20,509 bases of DNA from Candidatus Hydrogenedentota bacterium (GCA_029974275.1 JARKSN010000107.1:1-20509), one strand, 5' to 3'; counted from the stretch's first letter, positions 8,483 to 18,530 are shown. The notes: generated by a model from the sequence alone, not told the origin. Made by a program: numbers and translations.

Positions 8483-8514
8483 AACTGTTCTGGCGAGGCA
8501 ATGGGAGACCAACC

Positions 8515-11157
8515 ATGAAGGCGTTTTATTGCGCGGGCACGCATTGGGACCGCGAGTGGTATGAGCCGTTTCAGGAATACCGCATGTGGCTTGTCGAGCT
8601 TATCGACGGCTTGCTGGACCTGCTCGACAGCGACCCGGACTACCGCTGTTTCCATCTCGATGGCCAAGCGATCGTGGTGCAGGATTATCTCGACATTCGG
8701 CCCGATCAAAAGGACCGGCTGCTGGAGCATCTGCGTAACGGACGCATTCTCGCGGGGCCATGGCACGTCCTTCCCGACGAGTGGCTGATCTCGAGCGAAA
8801 GCTACATCCGCAACATCATGAAAGGCATGCGCACCTGCCGCAGCCTGGGCTTCGAACCGATGGACTTCGCATACACGCCCGACCAGTTCGGCCACGTCGC
8901 CGCGTTGCCGATGATCATGACCGGCTTCGGCCTCAAGACCGGCATCGTCTGGCGCGGCACGCAGGATGAACACTTCCCTGCCCACTTCGTCTGGGTCGGA
9001 CCTGACGGCAGCCGCATGGTCACCCACCGGCTCGCGGATTACGGCGGCTACAACCCCTTTCTCTCCAACGTGCGTTGTCATTGGATCGAACGCGGCTGGA
9101 CGGAGGAGGACGTTGAGAAGTACGTAGGGCCTTATCTGGAAGCAGAGAAATCCCGCTCAGCAACGCCGCTCATCCTGATGCTCGACGCGCTCGATCACAT
9201 GCCTCCGGACGGACGGATGCCGGGCTTCATGAAAGCCATGCAGACGCGTTATCCCGACGTCGAGTTCGTGTGGGGCTCGCTTGCGGAGTATGGCGCCGAA
9301 CTGCGCCAGCACATTGACAGCCTGCCTGAGCATCGCGGCGAATTGCGCTTGCCCTTGCGGGATGCAGCCCGACGTTGGCAGTACCTCATCGCGCACACCC
9401 TCAGTTCGCGGTATCCGATCAAAAAACGCAACAGCGAATGCGAGACGCTCCTGGAAAAATGGGCCGAACCGTACGGGCTGTTCCAGGCGATGGCGGGCGG
9501 CAAACCAATTCTTCGTTATCTTGACCTCGCCTGGGAGTATCTCATCAAGAACCATCCGCACGATTCGATCTGCGGATGCAGCATCGATCAAGTCCACCGC
9601 GACATGCACTACCGCTTCGACCAGTGCGCGTTGATCGCCGACGGCTTCGTGCGCAGGGCCATGGCGGACCTCGCGCACGCCGATGCCGCCCCCACAAACC
9701 AAACCAACATCGTGATCCACAATCCCCTGCCGTTCGCGCGATCCGGACCCTTCGAGGTGACGCTGCATTTCCCATGCGATTGGCCGAAGAAATATGTCGA
9801 CGGTCTCGCTTCGGGCGAGTCGATAAACCAATTCCGACTCTTCACGAAAGACGACGCGCCCGTCCCATTCCAACTGCGCAAAATCGCGCGCGGCATCGAG
9901 TGCAAACCGCTCGCCCCCAACGGACGCCTTGGGCACGGCCTCTTTGACCTATACGATGTGCTGGTCGACATGGAATTGCCATCGTGCGGCTTCGTGGGAC
10001 TGCGCGCCGAGCCATGCGACGAGGCCGTGCGCCATTTCGACAGCCTCCGCACGGGGCCTCTCAGCGCCTCGAACGGAGTCTTTTCGTTCACGCTGAATGC
10101 AGACGGATCCGGAACGCTGGAGCACGCCGCGTCCCAAAAGCGTTACGACGGCCTTTTCCAGTACGAGGATTGCGGCGACAGCGGCGACGGTTGGACGCGC
10201 GGTCCGCTCGTGAACGATCTCGTGTTTCGCTCGCCCGGCAGTCGCGTCACGACCGCAGTCGAAGAAGACGGGCCTCTGCGCACGGTCTTCCGCGTCGAGC
10301 GCGAGTTCGATCTGCCGCGCGAGATGGATCGGCGCACCTGGTGGCGCAGCGAAGATCGCGGAACGTTGCGCGTCGTCGACCGCATCTACGTCGAAAAAGG
10401 AGCCTTCGCGCTTCGCGTGCGCACGGAAGTCCGCAACACGATCAAAGATCATCGATTCCGCGTGCTGTTTCCGACGCGCCTCGAAGCGGATCGTTCCTTC
10501 GCCGATACGCCCTTCGCGATTGTCGCGCGCGACATCGCGATACCTCCGGAAACGGTGGCGTGGGCGGAGCGGGTCAATCCCGAAAAACCTTTCACCAGTT
10601 TCTTCGGCGTGCAGAACAGCGCGGCGGGCATCGCCCTGATTTCGGGCGGCGGGTTGCATGAATACGAGGTGACTCAGACGCCCGACCGAAGCCTCGCGCT
10701 AACGCTGTTCCGATCAACGTGCAAAACCGTTCGAACTTCCGGCGAGCCCGATGGGGAACTGCTCGGAACAATGACCTTCGAATACGGTCTGCACCCCTTT
10801 GGCGACACATTCGATCCCGTGCTCGCCCTCAACATGGCGAGCCAACTGCAAACCGGCATACGCACCCACGGCGTCGCCAAACTCCCGGAAACGATCTCGC
10901 ACCTGTCGCTCCGCAAGGGCGATATCGTCGTAACCGCGATCAAGCCCGCCGACGACGGCGATGGCGGCATCATCCGTCTCTGGAATCCCGGCGGCGCCGC
11001 CCTGCATGACGAAGTCCGCTTTGCCGTTCCGCTCCGCGAGGCCCGCTCCTGCAACCTGAACGAAGATCCCGGCGCGCCGATCACGCTCAACCCAACCGGT
11101 TCCCTGCCTGTGACCATTCCCGCCTACGGTCTGGCGTCCGTGCGTTTCCGGTGGTGA
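8515..11157 (+). CDS. Glycoside hydrolase family 38 (alpha-mannosidase / MngB-like)
   Basis: ATG 8515 with GGAG RBS. THWDREWY (Zn ligands), FHLDGQ, GPWHVLPDEWLISSESYIRN, PDQFGH (nucleophile region), NHPHDSICGCSID and LALTLFRS. No signal peptide seen. Confidence 0.93.
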   Translation: MKAFYCAGTHWDREWYEPFQEYRMWLVELIDGLLDLLDSDPDYRCFHLDGQAIVVQDYLDIRPDQKDRLLEHLRNGRILAGPWHVLPDEWLISSESYIRNIMKGMRTCRSLGFEPMDFAYTPDQFGHVAALPMIMTGFGLKTGIVWRGTQDEHFPAHFVWVGPDGSRMVTHRLADYGGYNPFLSNVRCHWIERGWTEEDVEKYVGPYLEAEKSRSATPLILMLDALDHMPPDGRMPGFMKAMQTRYPDVEFVWGSLAEYGAELRQHIDSLPEHRGELRLPLRDAARRWQYLIAHTLSSRYPIKKRNSECETLLEKWAEPYGLFQAMAGGKPILRYLDLAWEYLIKNHPHDSICGCSIDQVHRDMHYRFDQCALIADGFVRRAMADLAHADAAPTNQTNIVIHNPLPFARSGPFEVTLHFPCDWPKKYVDGLASGESINQFRLFTKDDAPVPFQLRKIARGIECKPLAPNGRLGHGLFDLYDVLVDMELPSCGFVGLRAEPCDEAVRHFDSLRTGPLSASNGVFSFTLNADGSGTLEHAASQKRYDGLFQYEDCGDSGDGWTRGPLVNDLVFRSPGSRVTTAVEEDGPLRTVFRVEREFDLPREMDRRTWWRSEDRGTLRVVDRIYVEKGAFALRVRTEVRNTIKDHRFRVLFPTRLEADRSFADTPFAIVARDIAIPPETVAWAERVNPEKPFTSFFGVQNSAAGIALISGGGLHEYEVTQTPDRSLALTLFRSTCKTVRTSGEPDGELLGTMTFEYGLHPFGDTFDPVLALNMASQLQTGIRTHGVAKLPETISHLSLRKGDIVVTAIKPADDGDGGIIRLWNPGGAALHDEVRFAVPLREARSCNLNEDPGAPITLNPTGSLPVTIPAYGLASVRFRW

Positions 11158-11200
11158 AAAAAACTGTCGCCGGGGATGCGCCCATTGCCACATCCCCGGC
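11157..11200 (-). terminator. Rho-independent terminator of the minus-strand lipoprotein cluster (possibly bidirectional)
   Basis: 10-bp stem GCCGGGGATG (11169-11178) / CATCCCCGGC (11191-11200). On the minus strand it is followed after 5 nt by T7 (A7 at 11157-11163 on +). Lies between convergent genes. Confidence 0.7.
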
Positions 11201-11228
11201 ATTCAATGCCGTCCTCGCAACCAGGCCC

Positions 11229-14200
11229 CTATGGGACCTGTACGCTGACCTCCACGATCTGAGTCGTCCCGTCGTCGCCTTGCACGCCAAACGAGTAATC
11301 GTGCGTCCCGCTGCTCAACCCCGTTCGCTTCACCGTCACAGTGACATCGTCCCGCTCGGTCGTCGTCGAGCCCGACGAAGGAGAAACGCTTATCTCCGGC
11401 GGAAGCCCTCCCGTTTGCACCGTCCACGTCAACGTGCTTTGGCCCGTATTCGCGATGCTGAACGTCTGCGAGTCCACAAGCGGCTCAAAGGTCAACGTAA
11501 GCGGCGTCACACTCATCACCGGAGGCGACACCGACGCCCATACCGTCACCACCGTGGATCCTCCCACGCCCGACGATCCGCCATCCCAATTCACCGTCAT
11601 GGCGCCTGCGTACAAACCGGCAGGCCCCGTGCGATCCAGGGAGACCTTGACGATGTGCGGAACGAACGTGTCTTCAATAACGCCCTCGAAAGGACGCGGG
11701 ACCACGAAACTCGGCTTGTCGCCCACTTTCCAGTTCAACACGACGTTGGCCGGAGCGAGAATGCCGCCGATGTTTTCGATGCTGAAATCCAGCGTATGGA
11801 AGGCGCTGCCGAAATCCAAAACGCGCGGCGTCATGACCGCCGACGGGAAAGCGGGTCCAATCGAAGCCGCCGCGGGAAGAAGCCGGAACGCCGTGGGCGC
11901 GATAAACTGCTTGGGATCGACGTCGCCGCCGTAGATGCCGTTGTCAACCGCGAAACTTATCAGAAGCGGCGCGGCGGGCAATCCCGAAAACTGCAGCGCC
12001 ACAAGATCGCCGAAGGTTCCAAACGGCAACACCGCGTCCGGACTCGGCGCGTCGAAACGGTACACGCCGCTGCCGCCCGTGCCGAAATCCGCCACAAGAG
12101 TCTGAGACCAATCCTCGATGATGCCGCCGTTGGCTGCGGAAACGCGCGCAAGAACCAAACCCGCTGGCGCATCAACCGTGAATTGCAGCTTATTGACATT
12201 GCGCGGCACATACTCCGCCCGCACGATGACCGTCGCTTTTCCGCCCGAAATGCCCGAACTCCGCACCGAAAGCTGCCCGAGCTTGACCTGGCCTATCACG
12301 GTGTCGAAATCCAGGCTCTGATCCTCCGACGATCCCTCGATGATGCCTTGATCGGGAGTGTCGCCAGGATCGTCGAACTGCGCGCTGAAACGCGTGGGCA
12401 CGCTGGATTCGGACGAAAGCGTCACGTAGCCAAGAACGAGTTGGGCGTTCAGATCGTTGGGAATGGTCAACGGCCTCGGCTCATCCGGCGTGGGCGACCG
12501 GAACTGAAGCCGCGACGTCATGCCGGACTGCGTCGGATTGTTCTGTGAATCCGCAAGAACTGGATAGAAGTGGCCGCCGGTCTCGTGCGAAAGACGCGAC
12601 AGCACCTCGTTATTGATAGCCTTGCCCCACGCAACCGAAAACACGCGGATCTTGTCTTTCTTGAGATCCGTTATCAAGGAAGCCACGTCGCCCGGGGGCG
12701 TGGTGAGCCGTCCATCCGTAACGACCACAACGGCGCGCACATCCGCGTCATCAAACGGCATGAATATGCCGTCCCGCGCCACCAGCGCGCCCGACGCCGC
12801 CTGAATGGCCGGCAACAACTCCGTCGCCCCGTGATCGGCGATTTGCGTGGTCTGCAACGCGTTAAGCAGCGAAGCCTTGTTGGTGGTGAAACTCTGCCGG
12901 ACCGACGCCGCCACGCCGCGATCATGAAACTCCATCAACGCGACCTCATAGGCTCCGGGCTCGGCGTTGCCCCCAAGCTGGTCCAACACCCCTTCAAAAA
13001 ACGCCTGACCCGCCGCGTTGTATATGGTCTGCAAGGGGTCCGGACCGGGGATGCCAAGCCCCTGCGCCGCGGCAAACATGCTTCCGGAATAATCCAGCAA
13101 AAGGACGATGTGCGTGCGCACGCTGTTCCCGCGCCGCAAAAATAGGTTCGTCTCCGTTTGCTCCAGCGGAATCGCCTTCTCGAGAATTCGGAACGCCGGC
13201 GCGCCGCCAGACGCCGGACGCTCCAGCTCGGCAATCTGGCCCGGCGTCAAGGTGATCGCCCGATCCTGCACATCGCGCAAAATGGCGACCCAGCGCACCA
13301 GCGAAGGAGGCCGCAAACGCGCCTCGGCGGTCTCAAAACTCAACGACGGCGACTGCACGGACACCGTCACTTCAACAGGCGCAATGTCCATGTTGATGTT
13401 GCCGCCTCCGTCCAAGGCGTACACGGTGAGAATCCCAACGGCCCCGCTGCTGTCGAGCGAAGAACGATCAACCGAAACGCTGATCGGCTGCACGTCCTTC
13501 ACCGAACCGGTCACGCCTCGGCTCGAGCCCGTTTCGGGGTAAACAAACAGCCATTTCTTGTTGCTGACGATCTTGAAATTGAGAATGGTGTTCGCATCCC
13601 CCGCATTGAACACGGCAAACGCCTCAGAATCCTTGTCGAACCCCAAATCGAGATTGTCGACATCGGTCGCGATCGCCGGACGCAACGGGACCACCATCGA
13701 CACTTCCACGGTCGCCTTGCCCCCGTTGGACGATATCGGCAACTGGTAAACATAACTGCCCGAAGCGAGATTCGTCCGGGAGACCGTCAGCGTCACGCGC
13801 GTGCTCCCGCCCGCCGTCAACGAATCCGCAGACGGGCGGATCGCGAGCCACGGCGGCAACTTGCTCGGATCGGCGCTCCAATCCAGCGTGCCGGTGCCCT
13901 GATTCGAGACAATCATCTCCGCCGAAGAACGCGAATCTCCGAATGCCGCCAAAGGCTGGTCCTCCGCCGTAACGGCCCCGGTGTCAACCCCCAGCAGCGG
14001 TTCGACCGCCACCGAAAGACTCACCCGAATCAGCGCATCGCCCGCATTCGACGTGACCCAAACATCCGTCGCGTACGTCCCGGGCGCAAGAGCAACGCCC
14101 CCCGGAAAACGATTGGCGGTCAAAAGCGCCGGCTGCGGCGTCGCGCCCGCCGTTCCCTGCAAAGGACTGATGCTCAGCCAATCGGGAAGACTCGCCCCGT

Positions 14201-15284
14201 TTATCTGCCACGTCACCGATCCCACGCCCCCATTGCGGATGGACGCCAACTTGCTCGTGGCGAAACTGCCAAAATTCACCTGCAACGGCGTCACCTCGAG
14301 CGTGGCGGGAAGAGCCGAAACGTTCACCGCAACCGTGGAAACGCCCCCGTTGGAAACGATGGCGACGGCCCCGGCATTCGCGCCCGCCTGCATCGCCGGA
14401 TGCGACCGATCCACCGTCACCGTCACCGCATCCGCCTCCGTCGTCGTCTCGCCCGAAACCGGCGCAACGCTCAACCACGGAGCCGAGGGACTCGCCGCCA
14501 CCGCCGCGCTCCATGTAAGCATGCCTGTGCCCGTGTTGCGCACGTTAAACACGCCTTCGTTCGCGTTCGAGGCAATCTCGATCGTTTGCGCCGAAACCGC
14601 CAACTGCGGGACAGCCTGACCCACCGCCATGGTCACGTTGATCGTCGCGTTGCCCCCATTGCTTTGAATGGAAATGGAGCCGCTATACCCTCCCGGAGCC
14701 AACCCGCTGCGCGAAACCGTCAGTTGAACCGCATCGGTTTCCGTCGTGGCCGTGCCCGCGCCCGGGGCAACCCCCAACCACGGCAGGCCATTGACAACGC
14801 TCCACGACAACATCCCGCCGCCCGTATTCCGAACGGTGACGGTCTGACTCGATCCCGCATCGCCGAACGACACATCCTGTGCGCTCACCGTCAACACAGG
14901 CGGACTCGGCGGCTCCGTCACAACGACACTCACCGGAACCGTCATGGATCCGCCGTTCGAGGCAAGGACCAAAGCCCCCGAAGTCGTTCCCGCAGGCAGC
15001 CCCCCATACGCAACCGTAAGCGTAACGCTGGAAAGACCCGTCGTCAGAACGCCCTGATCCGGCGCCACCGTCAACCACGCAGGCGCGCTCGCAACGCTCC
15101 ACCGGAGCGTTCCAGAACCGCCATTCGACAACGTCAGCGTATCCGTCACGGATCCGTTTGCAAACAAAAACGCGGCCGGGAAGGCTTTCAGAAATGGGCC
15201 GCCGCCCGGACATCCGACGCTTAACGCCCCAAGCGCCGCCAGCGCAACGCCGGCCAGTGCGACACGACCGATTCTTCGCGACAT
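11229..15284 (-). CDS. Large surface lipoprotein (1351 aa): about 6 BACON/Ig-like repeats, a VWA domain, a conserved beta domain and 2 more BACON-like repeats
   Basis: ATG 15284 with a GAGAGGGGAG RBS. Signal peptide MSRRIGRVALAGVALAALGALSVG-C. Repeats of N.G.G.L.W...WL.V.P..G...SNGG. VWA MIDAS LLLDYSGSM, GATEL and VVVVTDG, plus ETGGHFY. Confidence 0.85.
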   Translation of the reverse strand: MSRRIGRVALAGVALAALGALSVGCPGGGPFLKAFPAAFLFANGSVTDTLTLSNGGSGTLRWSVASAPAWLTVAPDQGVLTTGLSSVTLTVAYGGLPAGTTSGALVLASNGGSMTVPVSVVVTEPPSPPVLTVSAQDVSFGDAGSSQTVTVRNTGGGMLSWSVVNGLPWLGVAPGAGTATTETDAVQLTVSRSGLAPGGYSGSISIQSNGGNATINVTMAVGQAVPQLAVSAQTIEIASNANEGVFNVRNTGTGMLTWSAAVAASPSAPWLSVAPVSGETTTEADAVTVTVDRSHPAMQAGANAGAVAIVSNGGVSTVAVNVSALPATLEVTPLQVNFGSFATSKLASIRNGGVGSVTWQINGASLPDWLSISPLQGTAGATPQPALLTANRFPGGVALAPGTYATDVWVTSNAGDALIRVSLSVAVEPLLGVDTGAVTAEDQPLAAFGDSRSSAEMIVSNQGTGTLDWSADPSKLPPWLAIRPSADSLTAGGSTRVTLTVSRTNLASGSYVYQLPISSNGGKATVEVSMVVPLRPAIATDVDNLDLGFDKDSEAFAVFNAGDANTILNFKIVSNKKWLFVYPETGSSRGVTGSVKDVQPISVSVDRSSLDSSGAVGILTVYALDGGGNINMDIAPVEVTVSVQSPSLSFETAEARLRPPSLVRWVAILRDVQDRAITLTPGQIAELERPASGGAPAFRILEKAIPLEQTETNLFLRRGNSVRTHIVLLLDYSGSMFAAAQGLGIPGPDPLQTIYNAAGQAFFEGVLDQLGGNAEPGAYEVALMEFHDRGVAASVRQSFTTNKASLLNALQTTQIADHGATELLPAIQAASGALVARDGIFMPFDDADVRAVVVVTDGRLTTPPGDVASLITDLKKDKIRVFSVAWGKAINNEVLSRLSHETGGHFYPVLADSQNNPTQSGMTSRLQFRSPTPDEPRPLTIPNDLNAQLVLGYVTLSSESSVPTRFSAQFDDPGDTPDQGIIEGSSEDQSLDFDTVIGQVKLGQLSVRSSGISGGKATVIVRAEYVPRNVNKLQFTVDAPAGLVLARVSAANGGIIEDWSQTLVADFGTGGSGVYRFDAPSPDAVLPFGTFGDLVALQFSGLPAAPLLISFAVDNGIYGGDVDPKQFIAPTAFRLLPAAASIGPAFPSAVMTPRVLDFGSAFHTLDFSIENIGGILAPANVVLNWKVGDKPSFVVPRPFEGVIEDTFVPHIVKVSLDRTGPAGLYAGAMTVNWDGGSSGVGGSTVVTVWASVSPPVMSVTPLTLTFEPLVDSQTFSIANTGQSTLTWTVQTGGLPPEISVSPSSGSTTTERDDVTVTVKRTGLSSGTHDYSFGVQGDDGTTQIVEVSVQVP

Positions 15285-15343
15285 ATAACGCTCCCCTCTC
15301 CCTTTGCCCGCCGCACGGCCCACGACCCTGGAACTGGAAATGC

Positions 15344-17872
15344 TCAGTGTTTCAACGGGTCCGTCTGGAACAAATCGTTGAAATCATCAAACGTATCGCC
15401 ATCCGCATCCCACGCGCCCGCTGTATTCGGATTGAACGTGTTGTCCGCCGGCAAAGGCATGACCGTCGCCTGATTCGATCCCGGACCGATCGCCAAAAAC
15501 TCCGGATATTGGAAAAACTTGGTCACCGGCGGGTTTACGTACACGCGGTTGTCCACGCGCAACCCCAGCGCAAACGCATCCGTCGGCTGGAGCCCCGAAA
15601 ATTTGATGCGCAACAAATTGCCAAAAGCGCCATACCGCAACGGCGCATTCTCCGTCGTCAAAACGGTAAACACCTGGCTGGTCGGAATCGGAGGCGCCGA
15701 CTCCGTCTCCGGCACAAGCGTCCACCCGCTCAACAGTCCGTCCGGGACAATCTCCATCGTATACGGAATCCCCAGCGGCCCCGTAAACAAACGCACCCGC
15801 AATTGCGAAATGTTGCGCGGAATATATTCGGAACGCAGGATGACCTCGGCGGTCCCATCCTCCTGAATGCCCGCCGTGCGCAGCTCCAATTGACCTGCGC
15901 GCACATCGCCGTCCGTAAAAACGCCCTCCCGCTGAAAACTGCCCCTTTCGCCTTTGTAGACCGCCGAAACCAAATACGTATGCGTGCCTGCCTGGAAAAG
16001 CGCCACATACGACAGCACAACCTGACGGGCCAATTCCGCCGCAATAAGACCCGGCGCGTCCGGAGGCGCCCCGATTTGCCGATCCAGCAAATGAGTAAGC
16101 TCCGTAACCGAAGGCGCGGCATAATAGTGCCCGCCGGTTTCCTTGGCGATATCGCGAAGCATATCGCTATCCACCCGGTTGCCAAACCCAATGGGATACA
16201 AACGCACCCGATTGTCCTTCGCCAACGTAAGCATCTGCTCCTTCGTCGCCACCGACGACGTATCGCGACCGTCCGTGACAAACACCAACGCCCGAACGTC
16301 CGCATCATCAAAAGGCAACGCCGTCACATCCTCGTTGGCCAGCCGCGTGATCCCGTCCGATACGGCATCGAATATCTCGGAAGCTCCATGATCCGCCGGC
16401 GGAATATCGAACGCCGCCAACGCATCCAAAATGGGCTGCTTGGCGGTCGAAAACCCATGAATCAACCGGTCCCGCTGCTGCCGTTCGTGATATTCCATGA
16501 CAGCAACGCGATACGTGTCCGGCAAATCGGCGATGAACCCCGCCGCACCCGCCTTCATCTGCTGTATTGCGGCCCCATTGCCCGGTTCCGCGCCATACAT
16601 GCTCCCCGTATAGTCCAACAACAACACGACGTTGTACCGCAGATGCTTGGCATTCGTCACAAAAAAATTGGACTCGTCCAAGTCCAACGGACGCTCATCC
16701 TCGTATATGCTGAATGCCGTCTGAAGATTCGCCATCACGTCCGGGTCCAACGTATCAAGAGCCCGCCCAACAGAATCACGCAACAAAAATACAAACCGCT
16801 TCAGGAACGGCGGACGCGACCGGTTCTGGGCGCCCTCGAAGATAAGGGGAGCGCGCGTAGCCTTGAGCGCAACCTCGACCGCCTGCGTCCCCGGAGCCGA
16901 AAGGGTGATCACGCCCGATTCCGCGTCCTCGTCGATCGCCTCGCGATGGAGCGTCACCGTAAGCTTGACGCGATCTTGGCCCTGCTGCCCCGCCACCGCA
17001 ACGCTGGTCCCGCCGCCAGGCTGGACGGAGAACAGCGACGAATCGCCGCTGGTCGCCGTAAACGTGAGGGTGCTGCCCGGCTCGCCGCTGTTGTACACAT
17101 CGAACGTCAACGAAGCCGCCTCCGTCCCAAAATCCAGCAACGCCGGTTCCACGGCGATCTTCGCCTCAGACGCCGCCGAACCCGCAAACGAAAGCGTCAC
17201 CGGCTGCGAACCGGACGAGGAAACAACCAAAAGCGTGAAACTTCGCATGGAGACAGGCAACAACGAACGGTCAACGCTCAACGCCACCACAACCGATTCC
17301 GACGCAGGCGTCGTTCCGCTAGACGGATTCGCCTGCAACCATGCAGGCAAAGCCGGATTGACCGCCTGCGAAGCCAACGCCCAACTCACCGCTTCCGCGC
17401 CAACATTCTGAAGCGTAAACGAACCCGACACGCCCGACGCGCCAAAATCCACAAGGGTCGGCGTAATCTGGAGAGCCGGCGCGCCAGGCTCGGTCAACGC
17501 CACGCGCACAACCTGACTGCCGGCGTTCGAAGTCACGGTCACCGTGGCCGTATACGTACCCGGAGCAAGCCCCGCACGCAATGCCGTCAGCCTCACCCGA
17601 TCGGTTTCCGTCGTGGCCGCGCCCGACATCACGTCGGCGACAAGCCAATCGCCGCCGCTGGACGTGGCAATCGCGATCGACCAGTTCAACGTCCCGCCGC
17701 CGGAGTTGAAAATCGTAAAACTTTCCGTGACGGCCCCATCGCCGAAGTTCAACGCAACCGGACTCACGGAAAGCGCCGGGTGAGGCGCCGGGCATCCCGT
17801 CAACGCGGCGCAGGTCAACAACGCGCCCGCCAGGAGCAGAAACTTCGGACCAATGAAGATGCGTTGCGTCAT
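15344..17872 (-). CDS. Surface lipoprotein (842 aa): 3 BACON/Ig-like repeats, a VWA domain, a conserved beta domain and a C-terminal acidic Ca-binding-like motif
   Basis: ATG 17872 with AGGAAGG upstream. Lipobox LTG-C. VWA LLLDYTGSM, LVFVTDG and KETGGHYY. Ends in WDADGDTFDDFNDLFQTDPLKH. Clear paralog of 11229-15284. Confidence 0.85.
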   Translation of the reverse strand: MTQRIFIGPKFLLLAGALLTCAALTGCPAPHPALSVSPVALNFGDGAVTESFTIFNSGGGTLNWSIAIATSSGGDWLVADVMSGAATTETDRVRLTALRAGLAPGTYTATVTVTSNAGSQVVRVALTEPGAPALQITPTLVDFGASGVSGSFTLQNVGAEAVSWALASQAVNPALPAWLQANPSSGTTPASESVVVALSVDRSLLPVSMRSFTLLVVSSSGSQPVTLSFAGSAASEAKIAVEPALLDFGTEAASLTFDVYNSGEPGSTLTFTATSGDSSLFSVQPGGGTSVAVAGQQGQDRVKLTVTLHREAIDEDAESGVITLSAPGTQAVEVALKATRAPLIFEGAQNRSRPPFLKRFVFLLRDSVGRALDTLDPDVMANLQTAFSIYEDERPLDLDESNFFVTNAKHLRYNVVLLLDYTGSMYGAEPGNGAAIQQMKAGAAGFIADLPDTYRVAVMEYHERQQRDRLIHGFSTAKQPILDALAAFDIPPADHGASEIFDAVSDGITRLANEDVTALPFDDADVRALVFVTDGRDTSSVATKEQMLTLAKDNRVRLYPIGFGNRVDSDMLRDIAKETGGHYYAAPSVTELTHLLDRQIGAPPDAPGLIAAELARQVVLSYVALFQAGTHTYLVSAVYKGERGSFQREGVFTDGDVRAGQLELRTAGIQEDGTAEVILRSEYIPRNISQLRVRLFTGPLGIPYTMEIVPDGLLSGWTLVPETESAPPIPTSQVFTVLTTENAPLRYGAFGNLLRIKFSGLQPTDAFALGLRVDNRVYVNPPVTKFFQYPEFLAIGPGSNQATVMPLPADNTFNPNTAGAWDADGDTFDDFNDLFQTDPLKH

Positions 17873-17951
17873 GTTACGTCCTTCCTGCATCCCGCCGCAT
17901 TGCCACACGACAAACCGCGATCTCCCCCAAACCAACGAAAAATCACGGACG

Positions 17952-18530
17952 TCAAGGCGCCGAAACCGCCAAAATAACGTTGATGCCGCTCGCCTGCAAC
18001 GCCGGAACATCCACCAGAAGGGCCTGATCGCTCAACTGCGCTTCCTCAAGCACCACCGAATCCCCCGGCCCCAAACCGCCGTTGGCGGCATTGGTCACCA
18101 GCGCCTGAATATCCGCCGTCGGATTGCCAAACAGCGACAACATATCCAGATTGATAAGACCCGCCAACGGAGAAAGATCGAACACCCGGTTATTGTCCAA
18201 ATTCAACGTCATGAGTGAAGTCAAATTCGCCAGCGGACGAATATCGGATACCTCGTTGTCCGACAGATCGAGATACGTCAAGTTGACGCATTTCTCGAGT
18301 CCCCTCAGGTCCGCAATCGCCATGTCGCGTGCGGTCAGCTCGCGCAAATCCAACAATGCGTCCTCCGTCAAAAAACCAAGCGGATGATCGAGCGCAAGCC
18401 GAACCGCCTTGTCCAAATTCGGATCCTTGATAAACGCGACCCTTGAGACGCCCGGACATCCGACGGCGAAAACCATCACCGCCATCAACACGACGCCAAA
18501 GGCGCTCCGCATGTGCCACTTGCTTTTCAT
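17952..18530 (-). CDS. Leucine-rich repeat (internalin-like) lipoprotein, 192 aa
   Basis: ATG 18530 with AAGAAGGGG upstream. Lipobox AVG-C. DPNLDKAVR cap, then IADLRGLEKCVNLTYLDLSDNEVSDIRPLANLTSLMTLNLDNNRVFDLSPLAGLINLDMLSLFGN (22-aa LRRs). Confidence 0.88.
   Translation of the reverse strand: MKSKWHMRSAFGVVLMAVMVFAVGCPGVSRVAFIKDPNLDKAVRLALDHPLGFLTEDALLDLRELTARDMAIADLRGLEKCVNLTYLDLSDNEVSDIRPLANLTSLMTLNLDNNRVFDLSPLAGLINLDMLSLFGNPTADIQALVTNAANGGLGPGDSVVLEEAQLSDQALLVDVPALQASGINVILAVSAP

Noticed and set aside
11151..17977. Long plus-strand ORFs (465, 688 and 939 aa) and proteins they might encode
   Set aside because: Arg/His-rich, motif-free antisense shadows of the two GC-rich lipoprotein genes.
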